Below, one piece after another: positions 23,101-34,949 of a stretch of 64,000 nt of DNA; the first letter of the stretch is position 1, and every line of letters starts with the position of its first letter. Location: positions 1 to 64,000 of the forward strand of contig RDEW01000004.1 in assembly GCA_011109175.1 (NCBI GenBank), read 5' to 3'. A program made the position numbers and the translations under genes. The notes beneath the pieces are model-generated. The model had not been told where the DNA came from. It searched no databases and worked only from the letters and a program-made list of their open reading frames with translations. The stretch is from Dicyema japonicum (Eukaryota > Animalia > Dicyemida).

Positions 23101-23504
23101 CAATTAGTTAGAAATAGTTAACAACCAACTGACACGTGTAATAATAGTTACAAGAAAGAAAGTTTTAGTAATCGAACTAGTATTCCATTTTAGGTCTCCT
23201 AACAACTCAACAGGCTTCGAAGGCGATTGGGACAAACCGAACGATCTCAAAAAGCCAATTATTTTTTTCAAATGCAGCATTTGAGCAGTCAGAATGATCC
23301 ACGTGATAATAAAGGAAACAAAAAGGATTTTGATTTCATCCAAATTTCGTCTAATTTCACCTTTATGAAATAACTAAACGATTTATCTAACAAAAGTATT
23401 CATTTAAAATATTCATTAAGTGTTTTTTATTGCAGTTTTTTAATCTGTGTTCATAATTCTTTAATTTTTTAAATACATCCATCTTCATCGTTTAAACTTT
23501 TTGA

Positions 23505-23875
23505 ATAGCCACGTAGCGCCATGTGGTGCTTCGTGGCTAATTGATTGAAGTTTCTGTTTTGTACGACTGTTCATAATTCACTCAATTAGCTTGCGTCATG
23601 TGGTTTCGCTTTGTATGGTGGCGTCAGATACAAGCCAAAAGTAAATCCAAAAGAACCATTTGTCAACGACCATCCAGAGGAGTTCTCCCTGGACGACTCT
23701 TCCTACATATCCGGGCACTTTTCCGGTGGGGATTTGTCATGTCAGGAGAATGCGCAGGGACGCAGTCGGAACACTAAGAAAAGATGCGGAGACTGTTGAG
23801 GGAGGCTGGGATCATCTGAAATTTTGTTTATTTTAGACATGACGGTGGTTTTGGTTCAATAAATTAAATCGTTTA
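23505..23875 (+). mobile_element. Short non-autonomous bipartite element (Vingi-like 5' head joined to 3' tail)
   Basis: Head hairpin TAGCCACG/CGTGGCTA, pseudoknot at 23593-23658, then the terminal codons KMRRLLREAGII* and the 3' stem-loop. Confidence 0.7.
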
Positions 23876-23899
23876 AAATAATTCTTAATGGTACTCACA

Positions 23900-24360
23900 T
23901 ATTCTATGTTATCAATAATTTTAACTACATGCTGTTGCAATGAAACTTGAAAACTTTAATCACTTCATGGTCATTGGCTGTAAAAATGACATTCGCAGGC
24001 AAAATGACTTAAATCTGTTTTATTTCCACGCAGATTTTGTTGACTGATCAATCACTAATAAAATTTTTCGTTTGTTTTTCAAGAATTTGATTTCCCAGCA
24101 AAAAAGTGTTGTGACTATCGGTGCTTTTTTGTAATATCTGTATGTTACATAATTGTTTGACGAATTTTTTAAAAAAACATATCGGATTTTTAATTTTTTC
24201 AATAAGAGATCAAGCTTATATGTCCCTCCATATTCACGCATAATATCATTGAGGCACGATCTTTTAATAATTTGTGACCAGGCTTATTATTCAATCTCCA
24301 CATACTCTTCGATGAAATTGTTTTATAAAACCCCTCGTCTCATCAGCATTATATACGTTT
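23900..24360 (-). mobile_element. pogo/Tigger DDE_1 transposase remnant
   Basis: NVYNADET; KDRASMILCVNMEGTYKL; KRKILLVID. Confidence 0.8.
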
Positions 24361-25704
24361 TGCTAGTCATAATAATTGATTTTAATTTTGATTAGATTGA
24401 GAAATTCATATACTACAGAAGGATCATAATTTTGGGTTAATGACTCACCGAAAGCGGATATCAGCGACTTTTCTTTTCCACGGTTAGAGGCATGTTAAGT
24501 GTACACGGACGAAGCAAAATAGATAAATCCCATTATCTGAAGAGACAGAACTTTCAATGTATGTCGATAAGCAAACTGGGGAGAAATCCGAGACGTCTTG
24601 GAATCTTGAAAAGCGGTCTTGGTGAATAAGTCAGGTTCGAGATCACTTAAATTAGACTTTGATGATCCAAGGGCATATTGTCGCATAGCAAACGTTGAGT
24701 TGGGAGAGCTGTTCTGCCAGGAGAAAGCCATGATTAGTAATCCCGGTCAGTAATGACAACAAAGGCTTTCTTGGTTATTCCGACGCAGGACATTTGATCC
24801 TCGGAAGCATCGAGCGCAGTTGATCAACCATTTTCATTTGGTGACTATTCGAATGTCATTTAATCATTTGTAGATTTTAACATACTTATTCATTTCTCTA
24901 TCCACCGTTTTCCATCACCTGAAGGGACCGGAAGTAAGTATTGACTAAATAAGCGTCTTCATAAACAAAGTCTACATAATCAGCATAAATGTTCTGATAA
25001 CATTGGCTAGTAGTTTTCCCCAGAAAGTTTATAATAAAACTTGAAGGTATATTAAAAACAAAGTGGGAGATATTGAATCTCCATTGGAGGTACCAAAAGT
25101 CGTTTGGAAGTATGCTAGTTTTGTACTATTTATAGCGAGAAGAAGGTTTCGTCTTCTTTGGGTTTCGTCTAGAAGAAGGTTTATTATCTGCGTCACATCG
25201 AAGTCGAAGTGAGTTATTTAACGTAAACACTGAAAATCGAGTATTGGGGGAAGTAATATGAAACAGTAGGGATTGCCAAAGTTCCTTTGAGGACCTTTGT
25301 AGCTTGCTCCTATAAGGTATATTCTTAGAATTTGAATACAACTTTTGTATTTCTATACAATTCCGTGAACAACTTATGCAACAAAACCATCATGGGATGA
25401 TTGACGTTTCTTAAAATCACGAAGGTTGAAGAACAGAGTAAATGAAAAGATGATGAAGAATGAGTGAATATGTCCATATCCTTGTTGCAACATAATCGTT
25501 GAATGAGCTTATGTTACAACTACATGTGGAGGTATGTTGTGGGTAAATAGAATATCACAGTTTATATGTAAATGGAGTAAAAAGATAGACGAAAAGTCAA
25601 AAAGCTCGGACCATTACTTGGAGACTGGAAGGATTATAAAGAAGACGATTGTTGAGAAGCTCACATGTCTCACAATCAAATTGTTCTTCAATGGACATAA
25701 GGAA

Positions 25705-26026
25705 TTAGTCGAATAAAGTATCATAAACTAGAAATAAGTCAAAAAAATACCACGATCTGTACTTGAAAAAGACAAGCAATAAAGAAGTATACAGAACATG
25801 AAAGTCTCAAACTCTTGAAAATAAAATGCAAAGATAGATATGGGGACTATTTGCAGATATCCTTTGAATGGATACAACGGTACCCTTAAATAATGAATAC
25901 AAACATACCTCGAAGGCACCATATATCGAGGATGACCTCGATGCACATTACACGTTTTAAACCAAAGAACTGCAAAAACGAAACTAAAAGACTAAGACTA
26001 TCTAGATGCCATTTTAAAAATCCCAT
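25705..26026 (-). CDS. Small hydrophobic protein gene model B (83 aa, 4 exons); possibly the 3' half of model A
   Basis: Three canonical micro-introns (25970-25992, 25885-25908, 25728-25750; 23, 24, 23 nt) with mutually consistent phases give MGFLKWHLDSLILWFKTCNVHRGHP..TDRVYDTLFD*. Confidence 0.55.
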
Positions 26027-26056
26027 CCTCGTTGGGAGTCATCTGATTGACAGGAG

Positions 26057-26496
26057 TCACAGTAGTGTTACACAAACAGCTTGTGTTGCAATAATTCTTA
26101 AGGTCACATAGTTACCCCCTTCATGAGGAAGTGTAAACCAGTGGTATAAAGTTAGTGGTTCAACCACAGTGCTAATAAAAGTATAAAAAACTGATAGATT
26201 ATTAATTATGCTTAAATGACTAATTACGCATGTAAAAAATTCGTAAGTCATAAATTCAAACCAAAACGTCATTCCACGTAAAACAGTATATAACAAACAG
26301 TCATAATAAACGTATGGTAGAATATGAAGGAAGCAGTAGATAAATGTTAAAAGGCACAAAACAGTCAAACCAACAAAATACCACAGATTGTGGTAAACCT
26401 GACGCAAACTATTAATATTTTCTAATATGAATGATTAGCATTACGGCCCAAACGGACAAAATCAAAATAACTTATAAATCGATCAGAAAGTCGCAT
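26057..26496 (-). CDS. Multi-pass membrane protein gene model A (138 aa), weakly SYS1-like
   Basis: ATG at 26496 and a 23-nt intron 26422-26444 join to the long hydrophobic ORF; spacing of FxSYxxD, I..VY, TC..I..F..TV..WF and QAVC resembles SYS1 as I recall it, but the SYS1 DF and GE residues are not evident. Confidence 0.5.
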
Positions 26497-26889
26497 TAAT
26501 GTTAATTATATTTTTTTCACAAAATAATATAAAACTTGGTTAGAAATAATATTGTTAAAATTAAATTTGTTTTAAATTAATAAAATCAAAAAAAATCGAA
26601 TAAAATATCGAATTCTATCTCAATAATAAAATCCTCCCAGGAATGTCGTATGTCTTATAATTTATAATTCTAGGCTTTTAAACATATTTTATTGCAACAA
26701 TGGGTGCTTAGCCACTAAGAGAATCTTTGCCGACTGCACAACGACCACCGAGACACTAAAAAAAGTCCCCATGTTGAAAAATTTAGATTTTTGACGTTGA
26801 CTTTTTCGACAAAAGCAGCGTGGATTATTTGATTTTGTTCATTGCTTACAGCAATAATAAACATGTGGTTCTGTGTGCTATAAAATCTG

Positions 26890-27833
26890 CAGTATTACCT
26901 TCAAACGAAAAAGAGCCTGAAGAGCCTTCTCAGGAATAAAGAGGAGTCTTTCGTCTATCAAGTTTATGTAGTGAAGTGTGAGGACTCTTTCGCTTCCATT
27001 TTGGATCTGCTGTTTTGCCCCACGACACGAAGACAGCTCGGAAAGGTACTCAAGAAGATGCACAATTCGAGGATACTGTTTTCCTTGAGTCTCTTAATTT
27101 GCAGAGTTTCCTTCTCAGAGTCCGGGGATTTTTCATCCTGCGACGTGGATATAAAAAACATTCCCAAGAAGTCTGTACAAGAACAGCTCAAGGATGACCT
27201 TATCGAGAAACTACGGGCAGAAATCGCATCCAACCACGCCCAGGTGATTAAAGAGTTGGAAGGGATCAACAACAGGATAGATTTTCTTGAAAGTATTGGT
27301 TTTGCTTATTTTTAGACCGCCAGAAACAAATGTATTACCATTGCTTACTCTTAGAGTGGACGAACAAGTCAAATTAAGTAATTTGAGAGAGACTGTGGCC
27401 AAGCTATCCGAGAATACGTCCTCTGAATCCAAGAATCTGTTGAATACATTCTCAATGGGTTTTCCTGGGTCATTTCTTGTAGAGTTTCGTAGTCTAAATG
27501 ATAAATTTTCTAATGCTGTAGAAATGAGTAAATATACGGATGAAAACACGTGCAAAATGTATGACCATATGGAGGATAAATTTGATAAGCTAATTGAAAA
27601 CCTCAAAGACTCCACCCTGCAAGGAATCGAACATTTAAAAGATCAAGTTGAAAAACAAAATAGTGAAATTAAGGGTTGCTAGCCGTTTATTGTTCGTAGG
27701 TCTTATTTCAGAGATTAATCCGCCACGTGAGCGATCAGTATCATGTCATTCAATTCTTTCGGAGGATTTTATCGAAATTTCAGACGATGATGAGACGGAT
27801 TCCGTTTATTTCCAACGAAATAATCGGGATTAG
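26890..27833 (+). CDS. Uncharacterised coiled-coil protein with acidic tail, multi-exon; 5' end uncertain
   Basis: Introns 27293-27315, 27332-27354, 27459-27482, 27675-27699 (23, 23, 24, 25 nt) stitch three ORF-track frames into one; heptad-rich LKDDLIEKLRAEI..FDKLIENLKD..; ends EISDDDETDSVYFQRNNRD*. Confidence 0.7.
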
Positions 27834-28559
27834 TTAATATTCCCTAATTCTTACATTTTGGATCTTTAAAACTTTCATTGGTTATTTGTCATTGATTTAA
27901 ATGAGATTTGTTGGATCGATTTACACATATTATGCTAGTACTTGCCAATTGAATTTTAATTAATATTGATTCACTCTCAATTTATAATCTTCCATTAGGT
28001 TGGGGTGTTTATGGGGGAACACGTTTGGATAGGAATGTGATTCTCACACGGAGAAATGACATCTCACTTGATCATAAAAAAATTTTAGCGCAACGTTATA
28101 TGGTTCACCGATTCTGTAAGTAACCCCCAGAGAGCACCTAATGCTTCTCCAAAAGAACCATTAAACAACTTCCTACGAGGAAACTGTCTCCCCGGCGGCA
28201 CGCTCTATTATTATTGTCACTAACTTTTATAAAAAGGGAGTTACTTCAAGCAATAAACATAACAAATTCAATTTATGATTTATCCACTTGTCGTGAATTA
28301 TAGATAGTCTTCATATTTTCTATCAATCACTTAATTATTATATTCACTTATTGAACAAGTATTTAACTCTCCCGCTCTTCTAGGGGAATGGATTATCAAC
28401 ATAATGCAACTGACTTTATTTACCAAAAAGGATTAGCAGATATGCAAGATCATTGAAAAGAGATGAGTTTGAGAAAATTAAAGAATTTGTGTCTGAGTTA
28501 ATAGGCAATTAATTTTATCGAATTAGTCTCGCTTAATTAACCTGTAATTTTTTAATTGA

Positions 28560-29005
28560 AAACAATTTATTATGAAACCAGAAAATCAAAATAAGCCTGA
28601 TAGGATGGAGTTGCTTCTCAACTGACAGAGAAATCCTTTGGGAAGACGGACGGTCGAACTGAAGGCAAACAATGAAGCTATTCCTTTCAGAATATCCCAA
28701 AGGATCATTTGGGTGTATTTTGACATACACATGTCATTCTCGCCTTATGTTGAGAACATCATTACAAAATGCGAAAAGAAAACTTATATTTTACAATGCC
28801 TCACAGGCTTCTGGAAAAACGGAAATCATACTGTTTTTAACATTCCGTCGTGACTACGAAGATCCAGTCACTCGATCGATACGTACTTGTGTGGGGTCGA
28901 GGGAGGAGCATCGGGCCAAGATGAGGTCCATGCTAGTGCGTGATGGGATCACGTGATTAGTTAGTTTGTGTAGTCATGGTCTCTGGTAATATTATTTGGT
29001 TTCCC
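28560..29005 (+). mobile_element. Vingi-like LINE 3' part
   Basis: ILTYTCHSRLML..; RTCVGSREEHRAKMRSMLVRDGIT*; 3' stem 28945/28976. Confidence 0.75.
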
Positions 29006-31062
29006 GACGCTCATTACAAACTTTCGAAATCATTGACCCGAGAGATTTTAGAAAAGAGACCGTCTTGGGGTTGAAGACTCCACTCGTCTCGACAACAACG
29101 AAGTTACATGGAATCTTGTGGAAAGGGAAAAGGTGTAGGTACATACCCCATCCCAAATCAAGCATTTTCCTGAAGAGAAGGGGAATACAGTAATCCCGTC
29201 TGGGTGGTTTCCATTTCCACGATCCAGGCCCACCGGTTCCAGAGATGACGGAAATCCAGTCGCCTCAAGAGAGCGCTTGTATGGTTAGCGAAACGGAAAC
29301 AGGCCTTTGCTTATACATTAAGAGAGCGGATGAAGTTTTTTGTTGTCCACAACGGTATGGATGATGTTGGTACAGGCCGATCCTGAGACGGATAAATATC
29401 CCATTCCGAAAGACGTCCTGTTCCAGAAGGGAATCAATTGACGATGATGGGAACGCGTTCAGCAAGCACCTCTGTGAGGAGAAAAAAACAATATTATCGA
29501 AATTTATATTCACAATTTCTTAAATAATCTTGGAGATAAGAATGTTGAAATTCTCCAGGCTTTCCTGAAAGAGGTAACAAGGAGAGTAACATGCCAAAAA
29601 CATTAACTTTGAAAAGAAAAGTTATTATTAAAAATATGAGGAATAATCTTTTTTGGAAATGGGGGTGCTCAATACAATTAGGTGTTCCACATTTGTAATA
29701 CCAGCATCGGAGAGACAGGCTGATTCTGCATCGTGATTTAAAGAATTCATCTTGCGAGAGTCCCAGATTACAAATTTCATATTTACTCGCATTAATCTCG
29801 AGTCCACAACTGCTAAGAATGGGAAGAAGTATTCCAGGACTATTCATAGCCGTCTCGGAAGATCCACCAATCGTAGCATCTTCCAAATACCAACAATTGA
29901 AAGTCGTCACACACTAACGGACAGCCTCATCCACTGCCAAAGCAAAAAGAAGCGGACCAGGAAGATGACCTTGTTTGAAATGACGAAAGGTCTCCGATAT
30001 ACCCAATACGGAAACCATCCAAGCCCCTAATGCTGCTTGGTGAGAAGGATTTGATCCCAGCCACTACATCAGATTCGGTAAAAAAAACGGCAGGCGGCAG
30101 TCCAATGGCATTGAAAAATTTCTCAGATCCAATGAAGAGTGAGGATGTCAATTCTCCAACTTAGAAATGACTTCAGGGGTAACTGAGAAAAAAAGGATTC
30201 TCATCTTCAAACGACCGAGTAGATTTCCTAAGGTTTGCAGCAATAGAATCTTTTCGACGATTAGAGTCCAATCCAAGTGCAATTAGGTGAAAGAGAAATA
30301 AGGAAATCCAATTCATGGTCCCCGAAGACAAAGTAGCCCTCTCAATAGCGCGGGCAAGAGCCACGTCCGCCACTAACCTCGCGGACCTTGGGATCCTCAA
30401 AGGAATACGTCTCTGTACTCCACATTGACCCAAAAAGTCGAATTTCTTCAGACGTAAAGTGATCGATGGACGATCCAGAAAAAGGGTCAGACATTAAAAA
30501 AAAGTAAGGGAATCAAACCTGTAAATTGTTTTAATATTAAAATATAACAGCAAGACACATGAAATATATATTCGTGACAATATTAGACTATCGATTATTT
30601 TAATTATAAATAAAATTAAATTATACCGAAGGAACGGTTCCGCGACTACGGGTCGCAGCTTCCGCCAGTAAGGAATTAACCATTGATCCAGAATGAGGGT
30701 CCATCATAAATATGGTTTTCCGATATATTGAATTGATTCTGTTGAGCTTAGTCTCTGGACATATGCTCAACGTGTCTTGTGGCTTACCCGAAAAACTCAC
30801 TTATTTCGGAAAGGAACGAAAAGAACCATCACCTTTTCCCCACCACATGGGGGTTCCTGTAAAGATATCTTTACTTGTAGTAAAATCTTGCATTGGTACC
30901 AGTTCGAGAAAAGTAACTGATGCAGCACTTCGATTGTGGTTTTTAGTAAAATGAGTCTGTAACGCAGTTAAATGTTTTAGCGATTCATTTAGGTTTAAAA
31001 CACGCATTGGACTTTCTCGGTTAGTAAGCAACTTAAAACCTTCGAAATAATTATAAGATCAA
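29005..31062 (-). mobile_element. Degenerate CRE-like LINE (RT and RLE at 29005-30450; probable N-terminal region at 30700-31062)
   Basis: SFSPSSIRGLDG, WYLEDATIGG, IRLRIGLYQHHPYRC, HPDGITVFPFSSGKCLIWD; 30940-31062 is homologous to 57465-57582. Confidence 0.8.
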
Positions 31063-31124
31063 TTATTAGAGTGTATGTACATTTGAGTTTCTGACGGGAG
31101 ACTCTCTTTTTGGTGGAAATTCTG

Positions 31125-31460
31125 TTATTATTTATTTATTAACCCCGGATACACCAAGAGACAAGTTAAAGTAAACAACTAATTAAGTGTATCCAGTTTC
31201 CACTTCAACAGAAACAGAGTCCATCCGGAATCAGCATAAAAGGTAAGACGTCTATTACATGCAGTTGTGGAAACCCTTCCAGTGGAGTGAGGGAGAGCAA
31301 ATGATCCTTTTTCGTGCCGGCCTGGCACTGGGCTCCACCTATACAGGTGGATCACATGACGCCACTCTAATAGGAAAAGAGAGGAGGAACAGACAAGCAA
31401 GCAGAAAACTTCAGCCAATCAACCACGCAGCACCACATGTCGCCACGCGGCTAATATGGA
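31125..31460 (-). mobile_element. Short non-autonomous bipartite Vingi-derived element
   Basis: Head hairpin, pseudoknot at 31363-31301, perfect 3' stem GGATACAC/GTGTATCC and (AATA)n tail; a 5'-truncated sister copy lies at 37345-37545. Confidence 0.75.
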
Positions 31461-31559
31461 ATAGGCAGGGCTATTTTATTGTACCCCCTTTGCTTGGATA
31501 TTTGAATAAATGATTTTTTTATTTTTATTAATTTTTATTTTCTTTTTGTCATATTTGGC

Positions 31560-32450
31560 GGTATTTTCTAAATGGAAGAAGAGGAAGAGTAACTGCTGGA
31601 AAAACTAGATCAGTGACCAAGTTCCTACCAAATGGGGGTCCTCAAGGATTTCCACTTTCACCACACCTATTCAACCTATTCTTGAATGATATGCCCTTTT
31701 TTACCAGTGACGATACTCTGGTTTTAACATATGCGGATGATATAATCGTCGCAGTCAAAGACCAGTGCGTTAATACTGCTGTTTATCGGATACAAGCTTC
31801 ATTGGACGATCTGAACTGTTGGCTCGTTAATAACATTTTACATACAAGTCCCGAAAAGTCTTATACAACAATTTTCACAACAAACAGAAGATTGACAAAC
31901 TCCGGTTCTTGTGTAACCATAAATGGAAACTCAATCCCCACGACCAACTCGGTCAAGATACTAACTTACGACCCACTCTTGACCTTCAGCAAACACATTG
32001 ACAACGTCATCTCTTTGGCACAACGAAAGCTAAATTTTGTTAAATCACTCCTTGGACAATATAATGGGTGTTTCAATTCAAATTTGGACTCGCCCTAAGT
32101 GCAGTATATTCAACCGTCTCTAACTTACGGGTGTGCTGCATGGGGAACCAACCTATCAAACAGGAATATAGAAAAAATCAATACCTTCCAAAAAATAACC
32201 AGTAAGGCTTTGAAAGGTTTTCTTGGATACCTCTAAACCCTAAACCTTTTGAAAAATTATTGAGGAAAACCGGAGCCTTACTACCCTTTAAAAAAGTTAA
32301 AAACCCCCGTCCAATCCGGAAATGCGTTGGAACCCGGGAAGAACACCGAGCAAGAATGAGATAGCTACTCGAGGCGGCCGGAATCATCTGACGGCTATGT
32401 AGTTATTTAATTTGTCGGTGATTTTTGGTTTTTAATAATAATAATAATTT
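31560..32450 (+). mobile_element. Vingi-like LINE RT to 3' end, 5'-truncated
   Basis: GGPQGFPLSPHLFNLFLNDMP..YADDI..LTYDPLLTFSKHI; terminal EAAGII* and (TAA)n tail. Confidence 0.85.
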
Positions 32451-32469
32451 TGGAAAGTAGTGATGTGTG

Positions 32470-32800
32470 ATTATTATAGAATCTGATAGAATTGCTCGAC
32501 CTGTTCCATTAAGTTAATCCATGCGATCATTGTTTCATCAATTTCATTGAAGTTTAGTTTTGGAATTCTTGCTGTGTTTAATGTTTTTATATCAGTCCTA
32601 TTCGAACGGTCGAATTTTAATTTAAGTCGTTTATAGCTCTGGGAGAAATCGTCTTTTTTAATCTGGAAGAAAAAATCCTGGAAATTTTAGACGCAGACAC
32701 TGACGGGTTTTCAGATATTTACCGAGGCATTTAAACTTTCGTTGATAGAAAGTCTAACACAACGACGCATCATAAAACACAATTTAGCGTGTAATTAAAA
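32470..32800 (-). mobile_element. pogo/CENP-B-like HTH remnant
   Basis: RIPKLNFNEIDETMIAWINLME. Confidence 0.4.
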
Positions 32801-32879
32801 TTCGTGTAATTAAATCTTTCCCGACACATAATATTCGCATACACAAGAGTGTTTGTAGCGTTTTTTTTCTTCTTTTTTA

Positions 32880-33300
32880 ACGTCCTTAAGAATTGAGCTT
32901 TCATCGTAACAACCAGGCTTGGACATACGTAATGTATTCTCTGACTCTCTTTTCGGATAGGGTTGACTTGCCAGACATGTCTATTATTATGATATCATCC
33001 TCATAGATATAAGTAGCTTTGAGTTCTGTGCCGATGGTATTGGAAAATCCTACATATAATATTGAAGGGATCGGACTCAAAACAGAGTCCTGTGGTACGC
33101 CTCTTGCAAATGAGATCCCTTCTGATATGAATCCGCCAACTCTTACTACTGCTGAGACGGGAAGAGAGCGCTTTGCAATCACAATGGATCCTTAACGGTA
33201 TGGATGAGGGTGGCACATGTCGATTCTGAGACGAATAACTGCAAATTCGAAGGGCGTCCTGTTCCAGAAAGGAAGATGATGTAAAAGCGTCCAGCCAAAC
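32880..33300 (-). mobile_element. LINE RT fragment adjoining a CRE-like fragment
   Basis: RGVPQDSVLSP..IYEDDI; IRLRIDMCHPHPYR at about 33190-33250. Confidence 0.55.
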
Positions 33301-34299
33301 ACCTTCTGGTTGTGGTCTTTTCGAATTTTATGACTAATTTTGACAAAAAGTTTGATGTGTGAACCGCCTCAACAAAACTCTAATGTAGGATACGAGTGCT
33401 CTCAGTCTGTTACGCCCGTCATGAACAGGTTGAGTGTTCATCTGCATTTTGCCAACATATTATTGGTGAGGTTACTATTGAAAGAGAGATTTTATAAACA
33501 AGTAGTATGTCGCCGCTGCTATTTGTGCTTTTCTAACCGTTGAGCAGACACCTTTCATGGATTATACTATGTTTTTTTGTATTCAAAATAAATTAATCGA
33601 TTGTTTCTGACTGGATTTTAGTGAAGGAATGCTTTTGCTCAGTCATCGGAGAACCAAAAATGCAAGATTTATGTCTTTAAGAAATTCTCTGAGACAGAGA
33701 CTACTTGAAGCCAAAAAAGTTGAACATTGAAGGTCCACAATTGCAAATTTCGCATATCCTTGTTTAGTTCAAGACTGTCTTTAGACCAAAGAAGGTAATA
33801 ATTTTTCTAGATTTTACGGTCCTCCAAAAACTGCATCGTCCAAGTATAAAAGGATGAAAAAGGAATGGGGATTTTGGTGGTTTTTGTCCGAAAAGTTCTC
33901 ATGTTGTACTCTAGAGGAAGAGGGGATTTGAAATTTTCCAGAGATAAGAGCGGACAGAGTCCGTAGGACTGGACCATCAGCCAATTATAAAACATCTTTC
34001 CATATAAGCATCCAGAATGTTATCCCTTTTTTACATTTGAAGACGAAGTGGTCAGATGTTTACACCAATAAGTAACTGAAAACAAATTCAGTACAATCTG
34101 TTGTCGCAAATTAATTTGTGGAGAATCGTGTAGACACGATGATCAGTTTGGATACGGCTGTGATGAACGACAACCCGACATTTTCGTTTATGATAAATAC
34201 GATCTTTAATACTTTTTTATTACAATTTCTAGTTTTAAGAGCAACTCTAAATATAATTTTAACTTAAACTTAATTACCAACCCCGTGTGCGACATAATA

Positions 34300-34540
34300 C
34301 AAAAAGTGTCTACTATTTTTTTTACAAAATAATTTTTTTTAACAATTAAACAAATGTCGGCTGAGGAAGCCTGCTGCGTGGATTGCGAACGAGTTCCCTC
34401 GGAGTATGACCATTCCAATCTTTTGTCTTAGCCATAACCCTTCTCGTTGATCCCTTTTCTTTCTGGCAAGTTCTCGCAAGAACACAGCCGTCATTGGACC
34501 AACGGCTCCCAATGATTCGGTCGCAACAAGAGTCAACTAT
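34300..34540 (-). mobile_element. CRE-like 3' end
   Basis: VATESLGAVGPMTAVFLREL..LWLRQKIGMVILRGN. Confidence 0.85.
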
Positions 34541-34949
34541 TTATTTTAAAATTTTAGAAAATCTCGAGATATTTACATTTTTGATTACATTATTTCATAT
34601 CTTCTAGATCCTAATTATGTACTTCTTGAAATCACTGTATACTTATTTGTATTTCATCAAACACAGGATACTTTCTGTTTGACGCATTTCCATTATAATC
34701 ATGTCTAATATTCACTTTATCTCCCACGTTTATATTTTCTTTTTTTTCTCGCCTGTTTTTTTTGAAGATTTTCCAGAATATTCTGTGGTTCATCTTCCGA
34801 ACTTTCATTGTTTTCGTAATTTATTCTTCTTCTGAGTCGGTTCCATCGAATGCCATTAAAAGGCTTATTCATTTTCGTTTGGGTTTTTTAATTCGCATAA
34901 AACTTTGAAAGGGAATATTCTTTGTCGATTGTAATCATATACAATCCTC

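Noticed and set aside
26057-26496. Phosphatidylserine synthase (PTDSS) resemblance of gene model A (RFISYFD, FLHILP)
   Set aside because: The conserved His/Glu/Asp/Asn catalytic pattern (ECWWD..D..CN) is absent and the N-terminal half is missing
31301-31363. Hammerhead interpretation of the 5' structure (a stem followed by GAAA)
   Set aside because: No CUGANGA core precedes the stem in any copy
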